A stretch of 64,000 nt of DNA from a virus (lineage: Duplodnaviria > Caudoviricetes): positions 11,160-75,159 of IMG/VR virus record IMGVR_UViG_3300017700_000537; one strand, written 5' to 3'. This document shows, piece after piece, positions 18,259-27,527 of the stretch. The translations under genes were made by a program, and so were the position numbers. The notes beneath the pieces are model-generated. The model saw nothing but the letters and a program-made list of their open reading frames with translations, was not told the origin of the DNA and made no database searches. Position 1 is the first letter of the stretch. Every line of letters begins with the position of its first letter.

Positions 18259-19515
18259 ATGAAGAACATATTTTTAGCAATATTTTTGTTGGTTTCGGCT
18301 GTTGCTTTTGCGCAGCCAGTATCGAACACCATCACCTCCGATGGGAGTGTGGTCACAGTTGCAACTCCTGTCAACTCGAAATCTATCCCAGTTTGTAGCT
18401 TTAACTGGATAATCGTTGATGGATACTTGCGTATCTGGATAACAGGATCCAATGAGCAGGTCCCAGGCGGCAGACTAAAGTTCTTCACCATCAATGGGGT
18501 GACGGACAACAGTTTAAAGGCTGGTGCGCTTGGGGCTATCACGGATGAGTGCTCGGCAGGCGGCAGCGGTGGTGGACTTGACTCATTATATTATGGCACC
18601 TCGCTGCTTGCAAATGGTGATACGATTGCTGTGAGTGGTAACACCATTTACACTGCTTCGGATAGTGTGGCTAATAATGACCAGCAAGTTAAAATAAAAG
18701 ACGACAGCACGTTTTCAATAAGTTATGGATTGCCATACGAACAATTTTGGAATGATTACGCTAACAGCACTAGGTTTTCAGGTATGTTTAATTCGGAAGG
18801 TTATTGGGGAGCAAATGGTTTTGCGCTTTTGGAAAAAAATGGAGATTCACTAACAATTGAAAGCTACATTAATATTAAAAGTGATGGTGAGGTTTATATT
18901 TCCTCAAAAAAATCTGGAACAAATAAACAGGCGTCATTTGCATTATCAGAAAATGGGCCAAGTTTTTCAGGGTCTAATCCAACCTATACATATAAACTTC
19001 CATCTTCGTCCCCTTCCATCACAAACCTAGCAAAATCCATAATAACTTGGACGGGGGATGGTTCTACAACTACTCCGGCTTTTGAAGCATACTTATTTGG
19101 CACAACAACAAATGACAACGCTAGTGCTGGCTATATTGGCGAATACATTTCATCCACATTAGCTAGTGGCTCTGCCCTGTCTTTTACTACTGCCACCGCC
19201 AGGAATATTGATACGCTCGTTCTTGCGGCAGGAGATTGGGATGTTGACGCAAACTTGATATTTGGGGAGGGTTCCGCAACTGTCACTAGCCGCAGTGCTG
19301 CAATAACCACAACCAGTGCGACACTGCCTAGTAACGGAACAGAGTGCCCGCTTGATATTCCAACCACACTTACAAGCGGCAGGAATAGTATTTCAGTCAA
19401 GACGACTAGGATTTCTATTGCAAGCACGACGAATGTCTATTTAGTGGGCAGTGCAACATTTTCGGCTGGAACTGTTTCTGGCTATGGAAGTTTTTCCGCA
19501 AGGAGAGTAAGGTAG
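18259..19515 (+). CDS. second fibre/spike-like protein with Sec signal peptide
   Basis: MKNIFLAIFLLVSAVAFA|Q; C-terminus GTTTNDNASAGYIGEY...LAAGDWDV...SARRVR resembles phage tail-fibre tip domains. Confidence 0.65.
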   Translation: MKNIFLAIFLLVSAVAFAQPVSNTITSDGSVVTVATPVNSKSIPVCSFNWIIVDGYLRIWITGSNEQVPGGRLKFFTINGVTDNSLKAGALGAITDECSAGGSGGGLDSLYYGTSLLANGDTIAVSGNTIYTASDSVANNDQQVKIKDDSTFSISYGLPYEQFWNDYANSTRFSGMFNSEGYWGANGFALLEKNGDSLTIESYINIKSDGEVYISSKKSGTNKQASFALSENGPSFSGSNPTYTYKLPSSSPSITNLAKSIITWTGDGSTTTPAFEAYLFGTTTNDNASAGYIGEYISSTLASGSALSFTTATARNIDTLVLAAGDWDVDANLIFGEGSATVTSRSAAITTTSATLPSNGTECPLDIPTTLTSGRNSISVKTTRISIASTTNVYLVGSATFSAGTVSGYGSFSARRVR

Positions 19516-19552
19516 GTAATGGGACAGTATTTTAGAACAAATTTTATAACTA

Positions 19553-20152
19553 ATGAATTTAAGGCAAAAAATCGGACTGAATATTGTCAAGGCAAGTTTT
19601 TTGAGACTAGCCTTGTCATTAGTCTGGCCAGTATTGGTCGGCGCACGGGTTTTGGTTACTATTTTTTGTATTGGGATATTACTCCTCGTTCCGGGTAAGG
19701 TGGTAGCACAAGAACCTTATTTGCCTAAGACAGAAAAAGTGCAGTACGGCTTCACGCCTGGTAAGATTATTGGGTGGGCTTCATTGGCTATTGGCGGTTT
19801 CGCAGATGGGGCATTGGAGGGTTATCAATTTGATTCAAGGAAGTCCTTTGAGCGAAAATGGAACAGTGACCCGTATGGGTTTTGGGGCAGCCAAAGCTGG
19901 CGGATGATTTATAATGAGGGCAATCCGCAGATGGGGGTTAAATCTAAAATCCATAACTGGCTAGGGGCTGTTGATTTTTACCACGTAGCGGATGACACCC
20001 GAAAAATTGGGTACATCGGCGGTGGAATTACGCTTGGAATTTCTGGGTGTAAGGCAAACAAGAAGTGGTGGCACTGGGCGCTGGATATTGGAATATCGTC
20101 AATCATTTCATCTTCCGCCAAATCGCTTGGGATGAAATGGGTAAGGAGTTGA
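19553..20152 (+). CDS. membrane or secreted hypothetical protein
   Basis: Long hydrophobic N-terminus ending VVA|QEP and further hydrophobic segments. Confidence 0.55.
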   Translation: MNLRQKIGLNIVKASFLRLALSLVWPVLVGARVLVTIFCIGILLLVPGKVVAQEPYLPKTEKVQYGFTPGKIIGWASLAIGGFADGALEGYQFDSRKSFERKWNSDPYGFWGSQSWRMIYNEGNPQMGVKSKIHNWLGAVDFYHVADDTRKIGYIGGGITLGISGCKANKKWWHWALDIGISSIISSSAKSLGMKWVRS

Positions 20153-20175
20153 AACATTTTAAACAGCATCAAAAT

Positions 20176-20739
20176 ATGAAGAAGATTTTATTGTTCGCAT
20201 TCCTAGTCACCTTCCTGGCAAACCCGTTTGCGCAGACGAAGCCATTAGTTAAGAAATCAGCGCCACAGGCTGAAAGGCCAATCCAGATTGACACCACTGC
20301 TCCAGAAGTAGTATTCGCAGACCTCTGCATCCAGCTTGAAGGAGACAGCATCTGTGTGCCGACCAATGACGCCAAGGTAGCATCTGACATCATTATCGAG
20401 TTCTATCGGAAGCATGAAGGCAATCTGCCTACTTCTGCCGGTGGATGGGTATTATTAGTGTTCGGGTTCCTGACCAGCGCGGCAGGGACGGTATTCGTTG
20501 GGAGCACAAAGAAAATCGTTGCCTTCCTAAAGCTGTTCTTGAAGAAAAAGGCCAACGTGGTTGCTTTCGTTGCAGGCATCCTAGCCCTGTTCGTCACGCT
20601 GTTGATAGGTCAGTGGAAGTTTGACGGCACCACCTTTATAGGCATCTGGGGCGTACTCTCCGCTGCATCGTGGCTGGTGTACGAGAATGTTCTTGCGAAG
20701 AAAGATACTCCGAAGGTTGACCCAGTAGCTACTGCGTAA
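20176..20739 (+). CDS. membrane protein with signal peptide and ~3 C-terminal TM segments
   Basis: MKKILLFAFLVTFLANPFA|Q; hydrophobic stretches from GWVLLVFGFL onward. Confidence 0.6.
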   Translation: MKKILLFAFLVTFLANPFAQTKPLVKKSAPQAERPIQIDTTAPEVVFADLCIQLEGDSICVPTNDAKVASDIIIEFYRKHEGNLPTSAGGWVLLVFGFLTSAAGTVFVGSTKKIVAFLKLFLKKKANVVAFVAGILALFVTLLIGQWKFDGTTFIGIWGVLSAASWLVYENVLAKKDTPKVDPVATA

Positions 20740-20740
20740 T

Positions 20741-22258
20741 ATGCAGATTTCGTTCAGCAAGTTGGGGAACATGGGGAGATTGGCGAACCAATGCTTCCAA
20801 GTAGCATCTATGAAAGGGCTAGCTCGCAGCAAAGGTTGTGAGCTAGCCCTTCCTGCATGGAGGTACAGCAAATACTTCGTAGGGAAACACCCAGAAGGCC
20901 ATTGCCGTGGAATACAGGTAAGTGAACCAGCCTTCCACTACTGCGGTGACTTCATCCCGAACGACGAAAGAGGGGTTGACGTGGTGGGCTACCTTCAATC
21001 ACCCAAATACTGGCAGGCTATCGAACCGGAAATCAAAAAGCATTTTGAGTGGGAGCCAAATTTCTTGGCACAAATACGTCAAAAGTACGTCCACACACTT
21101 AGTAAGCCAACCGTGGCGATACACATCCGCCGTGGAGATTACGTTAACAACAAAGCATACGTCAACCTCCCACCACTCTACTACCTCCGGGCAATCATCG
21201 AAAAAATCCCGGACTGGCGCAACTGCCACCTGGTATTCTTCAGCGATGACCAATCGTATGCAAAAATGCACTTCGGGTGCTTTGAGAACGCACAGTTCCC
21301 GGACGGCGACGAGATGGACAACCTCTGTTTGATGACCCAGTGCGACCACTTTGTAATCGCAAACAGTAGCTACTCCTGGTGGGGAGCGTACTTAGGCGAG
21401 AAACCGCACAGTATTATCGTCCGCCCGGAACGGCACTTCTCCGGCAGCCTCGCAGGAACCTCGATAGCCGACCTATACCCTGAACATTGGACGAAGCTCA
21501 ATGAGCTGAACAGAAAAATAGACCTCAACGACATCACCTTTGTGGTGCCAATGAGCTATGACCACCCGGACAGGTTTGAAAACCTTACCTTGATGGTCGG
21601 TCTTTTGAAAGCCAACTTTGACACGAAGTTCTCATTCGTCGAACAAGGAGGGAGAAAGTTGGGCGCTTTTACGCCTTGGCGGTTCTTTGAAGGGAAGCAC
21701 TTTCACCGGACAAAGATGCTTAACGATGCCATCAGAGATGCCAAGACCCCGTTCGCAGCGAACTACGACAGTGATGTGGCATTGCCGCCTGCGCAGATAT
21801 TCGAGGCCGTGGAAAGGCTAAGAAATGGCGCAGACATAGTGTACCCCTACACTGGAGACTTCTGGCACGTCACAAGGAATCCCGGATATGAGAACCTTAA
21901 AAACAGCATGGATGTCGGGATATTCTCGCAGCTAAGTTTCAGGAAAACAGAAAACTCAAGGGGCGGGGCGGTGTTTATGAACATCAAGTCATTCTTCAAG
22001 GCAGGCGGGGAAAACGAGAACTTTATCTCCCACGGCCCAGAAGATGCAGAAAGGTGGATTCGGTTCACAAGACTTGGCCTGGTTGTTGATTTCATAAAGG
22101 GCTGCATCCTGCACATGGAACACTGGCGGGGGAACAACTCGCATTCAATGAAGCACCCGAATGGGCAGCGAAACCAGGATGAATATCACAAGGTGATGGC
22201 GATGGACAAGGAGCAGTTAAAAGCGTACATAAAAACGTGGTCATGGGCGGCAACGTGA
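20741..22258 (+). CDS. GT11 alpha-1,2-fucosyltransferase-like domain fused to a GT2/GT7C galactosyltransferase-like domain
   Basis: GT11 motifs GRLANQCFQ, HIRRGDY, FFSDD, CDHFVIANSSYSWWGAYL; C-terminal YDSDV, GGAVF, GGENENFISHGPED. Confidence 0.88.
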   Translation: MQISFSKLGNMGRLANQCFQVASMKGLARSKGCELALPAWRYSKYFVGKHPEGHCRGIQVSEPAFHYCGDFIPNDERGVDVVGYLQSPKYWQAIEPEIKKHFEWEPNFLAQIRQKYVHTLSKPTVAIHIRRGDYVNNKAYVNLPPLYYLRAIIEKIPDWRNCHLVFFSDDQSYAKMHFGCFENAQFPDGDEMDNLCLMTQCDHFVIANSSYSWWGAYLGEKPHSIIVRPERHFSGSLAGTSIADLYPEHWTKLNELNRKIDLNDITFVVPMSYDHPDRFENLTLMVGLLKANFDTKFSFVEQGGRKLGAFTPWRFFEGKHFHRTKMLNDAIRDAKTPFAANYDSDVALPPAQIFEAVERLRNGADIVYPYTGDFWHVTRNPGYENLKNSMDVGIFSQLSFRKTENSRGGAVFMNIKSFFKAGGENENFISHGPEDAERWIRFTRLGLVVDFIKGCILHMEHWRGNNSHSMKHPNGQRNQDEYHKVMAMDKEQLKAYIKTWSWAAT

Positions 22259-22751
22259 GGCTTGGACATAGGAGCTACGGGGAGCCGATAGTCCGTGGTG
22301 ACATCTCGGACGTGATTATCGGCAAGTATTGCTCGATAGCGCAGAACGTCATTGTTGACTGTGGCTGGCACCACAACGTTGATTGGGTGACTACCTATCC
22401 GTTGAATGCAATCCTGACCAGTCTGCGACACATCACCGGCCATCCAAAGTCAAACGGAAACATAGTCATCGGAAATGATGTTTGGATAGGTGAAGGTGCT
22501 GTCATAATGGGCGGGGTGACGATAGGGGATGGGGCTGTGGTCGGCAGCAACGCCGTGGTGACAAAGGATGTAGACCCATACGCCATAGTCGGCGGAATCC
22601 CGGCAAAAAGATAAGGATGAGGTTCGACAGCCAGACGATAGCCGAACTGATAGAAATAGCTTGGTGGGACTGGAGCGACGAGAAGGTTGTCGAAGCTGGT
22701 CCGCTTCTTCTTCAAAACGACATTAAAAAATTCATAGAAAAATATGGTTAA
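22237..22751 (+). pseudogene. CatB/Vat-type hexapeptide-repeat O-acetyltransferase, frameshifted
   Basis: IIGKYCSIAQNV, IVIGNDVWIGEGAVIMGGVTIGDGAVVGSNAVVTKDV; the typical tail KIRMRFDSQTIAELIEIAWWDW is out of frame after an A5 run at 22605-22609. Confidence 0.8.
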
Positions 22752-23313
22752 ACAGAAATACGCAGACATCGTGACTCCAGAGCTTCTGGAAGGCGCAATC
22801 GAGAATTTGGAATACGTTGGCTTCCGGGAAGACTACCATGTCCTCCATTGCCTGCTCAAGATTCACAAGCCGAAATCCCTATTGGAAATCGGCACGAACA
22901 TGGGCCGTGGCACGAAGATAATCAAGAATGCGCTTGGTCCAGAAAGTGATGTGTACAGCCTGGATTTACCAACAGACCTTGCACACATCAGCCTGCAACA
23001 TCCAATCAATGAAGGGCATGGAGATAGGGTTGGGCATCTTTGCAGCCTTCCGTTCACGCAGTTGAGGGGAGACAGCATGGAGTTTGATTTCAAGCAGTAT
23101 CCTTGCGAAGCCTACTATATTGATGGCGAGCACGACTTCAGTCACCCATACCGTGAAACATCTGAAATCGTAAAGAATAAGCCACATATTATAATTTGGC
23201 ACGATAGCGATATTGATGTCGTTTATAATGCAATCACCGCTGCGATGAAGGATAAGCCATACGAACTGTATCGGGTCGTTGATACTCGCATCGCATACGC
23301 AATCAGGAAATGA
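22744..23313 (+). CDS. class I SAM-dependent methyltransferase (Methyltransf_24-like)
   Basis: LLEIGTNMGRGT motif I; YYIDGEH motif. Confidence 0.8.
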   Translation: MVKQKYADIVTPELLEGAIENLEYVGFREDYHVLHCLLKIHKPKSLLEIGTNMGRGTKIIKNALGPESDVYSLDLPTDLAHISLQHPINEGHGDRVGHLCSLPFTQLRGDSMEFDFKQYPCEAYYIDGEHDFSHPYRETSEIVKNKPHIIIWHDSDIDVVYNAITAAMKDKPYELYRVVDTRIAYAIRK

Positions 23314-24068
23314 CGGGAATCGTAATCGTAACATACAATCGTGCCGACCTGCTCCCGCTACAACTGGAAGCGATAAGGCTGTTCTGTGCGGACAAGCATG
23401 AAGTTGTCATTATCGACAACTCAACGGATGAAGAATCTTCCGCCATGATAGCGTTCATTGCCTCCGATAACAGGGTGTACAGAACGTCGTCGAACAGCAG
23501 GAACAGCAGCGACAGTCATGCTTTTGCTGCCAATTTCGCTTTCAATAAGCTGAGGAACGACTACGAGCACTTCCTGTTCTTGGACCACGATATTTTCCCT
23601 ACTAAGCCATTCTCTGTGGCAGAAATGCTGCGGGACAGGTTTATTGGTGGCCTTGGGCAAATAAAGCACAAGACCTATCTTTGGCCGGGGTTTGTGTTCT
23701 GGCGGAACGACAAAATCGAATCACTTGACTTCTCCACATCACCGGGGCTTGACACCGGCGGTAACACATGGAAAGAGGTGGAGAGGATTGGCATCGAGGG
23801 GGTTGTCTGGCAGCCGGAAGTTTACCATGAAAACCCATACTTCAAGGAACCTCCGTACAATTTCTATTCGGTCATCGGGGATGGCTGGATGCACTTCATA
23901 AACTCGTCGAATTGGAACGGACAGCCCAACCACAACGAAAGGCTGGACTCCCTGACGACGATACTAAGAGAAAAAATCAATGAAAGTATCGCTTTGCATC
24001 ATAGCAACCAACAAGTACACGAAGTACCTCCCGAAACTCTTATCGTCACTGGCGACTTTCTTCCTTAA
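23310..24068 (+). CDS. GT-A fold glycosyltransferase (GT2-like)
   Basis: IVIVTYNR N-terminus, VVIIDNS, LFLDHD (DxD). Confidence 0.7.
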   Translation: MTGIVIVTYNRADLLPLQLEAIRLFCADKHEVVIIDNSTDEESSAMIAFIASDNRVYRTSSNSRNSSDSHAFAANFAFNKLRNDYEHFLFLDHDIFPTKPFSVAEMLRDRFIGGLGQIKHKTYLWPGFVFWRNDKIESLDFSTSPGLDTGGNTWKEVERIGIEGVVWQPEVYHENPYFKEPPYNFYSVIGDGWMHFINSSNWNGQPNHNERLDSLTTILREKINESIALHHSNQQVHEVPPETLIVTGDFLP

Positions 24069-24699
24069 CGGCCATGATGTGGAATACTGCATCTTCACGG
24101 ATAAAACAGCCGACGTGTTCAAAGAAAACAAGCGCCACAAGGACAAGCCGAAGATATTCAACGTCCCGCACTTGCCCTGGCCGAACTCTACCCTGAAACG
24201 GTTTCACTTTTTCAACGAAAATAAAGAATACATCACCGGAGACTACGTGTTCTACATAGATGCCGACACAAGGCTCGTGGACTACGTGGGCGACGAAATC
24301 CTTTCCGACTTGGTGGCAGTCCAGCACTGCGGGTATGTCGGCGAACGTGGCACCTACGAAACGAGAGAGCTTTCGATGGCCTATATAGCCCCGAATGAGG
24401 GTAAGATGTATTTCGGTGGCGGATTCCTTGGCGGGAAGGCAGAGAATTTCTGGCAGGCATCCGAGACGATGGCCAATTCGATAGACGTGGATGCCCACAA
24501 TGGCATTACTGCCATTTACCATGACGAAAGCCATTGGAACCGATACTTGGTTGACAATCCGCCAACAAAAGTGCTGTCGCCAAGCTACCACTTCCCGGAA
24601 AACCATCCGCACATTTATTCGAAATGGCAGAAGGCCGGGGTGTCCTACAAGCCAAAGATTCTTCTCTTGAAGAAGGACCACAAAGAAATGAGAAAATGA
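23980..24699 (+). CDS. GT6 family (ABO-type) alpha-1,3-Gal/GalNAc transferase
   Basis: IIATNKY, IFTD, YIDAD (DxD), YFGGGFLGG, HDESHWNRY, KVLSPSY. Confidence 0.88.
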   Translation: MKVSLCIIATNKYTKYLPKLLSSLATFFLNGHDVEYCIFTDKTADVFKENKRHKDKPKIFNVPHLPWPNSTLKRFHFFNENKEYITGDYVFYIDADTRLVDYVGDEILSDLVAVQHCGYVGERGTYETRELSMAYIAPNEGKMYFGGGFLGGKAENFWQASETMANSIDVDAHNGITAIYHDESHWNRYLVDNPPTKVLSPSYHFPENHPHIYSKWQKAGVSYKPKILLLKKDHKEMRK

Positions 24700-25400
24700 C
24701 AATAGCCTACATCCTCGGAGACGGGTCGAAGCACGACAACCTAGAGTTGCGGCTATCGCTGCGTTCCATCGAGAAGAACCTGAATCCATCGGAGGTCATT
24801 GTTTGCGGCCATGACCCTGGATTTCTGTCCGACAAGGTGAAGTATATCCCGAATTTCCCAGAAAAGAAAGAGAATGATGCTGCGTGGGGAATCAAGGAGA
24901 ACCTATTGGCACTGTGCAGACACCCAGATACGCCGGACGAGTTCACACTTTTTAACGACGATTATTTCATCCTCCAGCCAATGGCCAGCTTCCCGTACTA
25001 CCACAAAGGTGAGCTTCGAGAGGCTATGGAGCGCATTGGGTCAGGCATTTTCTACGGCCACCTTCTCGCAACTGTAACCGTTTTGGAGAAGCAAAAGCTG
25101 CCCACAAAGCACTTTGATTGTCATTGGCCAATCATCTACGACAAGAAAAAGCTCCAAAAAATCATAGAAGACCAAGACTGGGACGTCCCGCTTGGCCCGA
25201 CCATCCGAAGCCTCTACTGCAACACGCTTGGCATCGATGGAGAGTTCGCCGACGACACCAAGCTGAATAGGCCGATAAAAGACTGGGAGCTGCATTGTTT
25301 CGGCAGGAAAATGATTTCTGTGGGCGACGAGTCATTTGATGGCAATTGTCGAAAATACTGGCTATCTTTGTTTCCAAATAAGTCTAGGTACGAAAAATGA
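24696..25400 (+). CDS. glycosyltransferase/Stealth-like sugar transferase
   Basis: ELRLSLRSIEKN and LFNDDYFI motifs; located in the glycan cluster. Confidence 0.5.
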   Translation: MTIAYILGDGSKHDNLELRLSLRSIEKNLNPSEVIVCGHDPGFLSDKVKYIPNFPEKKENDAAWGIKENLLALCRHPDTPDEFTLFNDDYFILQPMASFPYYHKGELREAMERIGSGIFYGHLLATVTVLEKQKLPTKHFDCHWPIIYDKKKLQKIIEDQDWDVPLGPTIRSLYCNTLGIDGEFADDTKLNRPIKDWELHCFGRKMISVGDESFDGNCRKYWLSLFPNKSRYEK

Positions 25401-26158
25401 CAATACTTGATTTCCATCTACTTTACAAGCTGGTTTCGGACAAGAGCGGATCAGATTACACCTCCCATGAGGAGATAGACCGTCTTGCCAACATCGCACA
25501 GATGGAATATTTCGGCTTCCTGCTCGGCAACTACAAGCAGTACCAGCCAGGTCGCCCAGTGCCACCGGTAGTGGTAGGCCAGACTTCCCGGACAACAGAG
25601 GAGCTCAACCCGTTCAAGGTTACGATTGATTTTCTCACACTCCCATACGACCCTACGACAGCACCATACGGCGTCACGAACGGCATTCTCGCAATCCCGT
25701 TGGACTTCGAGCACATGAGTTCACTGAACTCCATGTTCATCCAAGCTGGAGAAATCCGATACCGGCCAATCCAAGAACTTGATGATGAAGAATGGGCGGC
25801 AAGGGTGGATAGCGAACTCATCCCCGTATCCAAGAAGGACGCAATCTACCGATTTATCGGAAAGGGCGGAACACTGAACAGCATCAGTATCGGCGAAAAA
25901 CAGAAGGTGGAATTCAGGCCAAAGGACATTTCCGGCCAGCTTGTTTATTACCGAACCCCAGCCAAGCCGAACTACGTTTACACGATAAACACAACGACAA
26001 GGGTGGAAACACACGACGCTGCTACTTCCACCGACCTAGAATGGGGCGAAGTGGCGACGATGAACATCTTGGTACGGACATTGCAGCTTGGCGGCATCAA
26101 GCAGGCTGACCAGATGCTGTACCAGGCAATGGGACAAAACAAAGCAACAGAGGAATAA
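25397..26158 (+). CDS. tail ring/adaptor protein (putative)
   Basis: First of three similar-sized genes before the stabilisation protein; EIDRLANIAQMEYF and YYRTP features; positional inference. Confidence 0.55.
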   Translation: MTILDFHLLYKLVSDKSGSDYTSHEEIDRLANIAQMEYFGFLLGNYKQYQPGRPVPPVVVGQTSRTTEELNPFKVTIDFLTLPYDPTTAPYGVTNGILAIPLDFEHMSSLNSMFIQAGEIRYRPIQELDDEEWAARVDSELIPVSKKDAIYRFIGKGGTLNSISIGEKQKVEFRPKDISGQLVYYRTPAKPNYVYTINTTTRVETHDAATSTDLEWGEVATMNILVRTLQLGGIKQADQMLYQAMGQNKATEE

Positions 26159-26787
26159 TGGCATCCAAGAAATACCTTACCGAATCCATACTCAGGATAC
26201 TGAAGGGGGGCAACATAAGGTCTTCCTCCAACATCCTTGAACAGGACATCCATGCGAGCATCGGACGCCACATCAATGCTTTGCTGAAAATGGAGGCCGT
26301 GAACCTGACATACCCGTTCGGGACTAGCATCCCCACCCACCACATGATTGCCACCTACGAGGATGTGCCGGTGGTGAATGGAGACTGCGACAGGTCTAGC
26401 GCAATACTCCCGGCAACTCCTGTCGCTCTGCCCATGCAGATTGGCGTCTGGAGGATAAGCAACTGTGACTGCGACTTCTTTATCCCGTTGGAGCCCGGAA
26501 TGCTCAACGTGGCGAGCGGGGTGAACCACACGGCAATGTCGGCGATGCTCGGCAGTGAGCTGATAGCCTACGAGGTATCCGGCAACAAAGTTACGTTCAA
26601 TAGGAACAGCGATGCGCTTGGTGGGACTGTAAAGATTCAGTTGTTGACCACGGACATCGCTTCGCTGGACGATTACGCACTACTGCCGATACCTCCCGAC
26701 ATGGAAGCGATGATAGTTAACCTTGTTGTCAGGGATTTTCAGCCAAGGCCGCATGACGACAGCAACAATTCACAAGACCAACCATGA
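26158..26787 (+). CDS. tail ring protein (putative)
   Basis: 209 aa, coupled; positional inference. Confidence 0.5.
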   Translation: MASKKYLTESILRILKGGNIRSSSNILEQDIHASIGRHINALLKMEAVNLTYPFGTSIPTHHMIATYEDVPVVNGDCDRSSAILPATPVALPMQIGVWRISNCDCDFFIPLEPGMLNVASGVNHTAMSAMLGSELIAYEVSGNKVTFNRNSDALGGTVKIQLLTTDIASLDDYALLPIPPDMEAMIVNLVVRDFQPRPHDDSNNSQDQP

Positions 26788-27527
26788 CGGCAAAGACTAA
26801 AATAGATTCGATAATCCGCCAGGTTCTCCTCGAGAAAGGGCTTCCGGTGCATTTCTATATCAGGCTCCTATCTTGGGGCCTTGACTGTTTGAGCGAACTT
26901 GAACTCGACCTCATTGGCCGGGTGAAGACGGCAGAGCTTACCGTGGACGAATTTTCCCGGATAAAACTGCCTTGTGACTACGTTGATTGGGTAAGGGTCG
27001 GCCAGACATACGGCCAGAACGTACTCAAGATGGGCGAGACGAACACTTTCGCCAGGAACCTCAACCAGAGCGACGGCATCTACACTCCCTACGGTGACGC
27101 AGAAGAAACTTCTTCTTACTACTGGGCGAGCTACTATGTACAGGACTGGCTGGACAAGAACGGGGAGTTCCGTGGCCGGGGCTTTGGCGGGAATGGCACA
27201 AGAACTGACACTTTCATGGTGTTGGACGATGTGATGCAGCTCAACAACAACTACGCATACGGCGACATCATCAACCTTGACTACATTGCCTTCGACAAGC
27301 ATTCTGCATCGAGCTATGTGGAGAGGTATGCGGTATCTACCATCCGTGCGTACATGGAATACAAGTACATCTGCTCCATGCCAAAGACTGCCCCATACGA
27401 CAAGAGTGTGGCTGCAAAGGCCTACGAGAACGAACAGCGGAAGCTGGCTGCCAGGATAAATCCATTGGACATCGAGGCGGTTGGTAGGATAAAACACAGG
27501 AGATTTTCACAAACACCGAAGTTCTAA
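26784..27527 (+). CDS. tail ring protein (putative)
   Basis: 247 aa, LPCDYVDWVRVG motif typical of tubular tail ring proteins. Confidence 0.55.
   Translation: MTAKTKIDSIIRQVLLEKGLPVHFYIRLLSWGLDCLSELELDLIGRVKTAELTVDEFSRIKLPCDYVDWVRVGQTYGQNVLKMGETNTFARNLNQSDGIYTPYGDAEETSSYYWASYYVQDWLDKNGEFRGRGFGGNGTRTDTFMVLDDVMQLNNNYAYGDIINLDYIAFDKHSASSYVERYAVSTIRAYMEYKYICSMPKTAPYDKSVAAKAYENEQRKLAARINPLDIEAVGRIKHRRFSQTPKF

Noticed and set aside
15213-19515. Diversity-generating retroelement acting on the fibres
   Set aside because: No reverse transcriptase and no template/variable repeat pair with adenine-specific mismatches in the window
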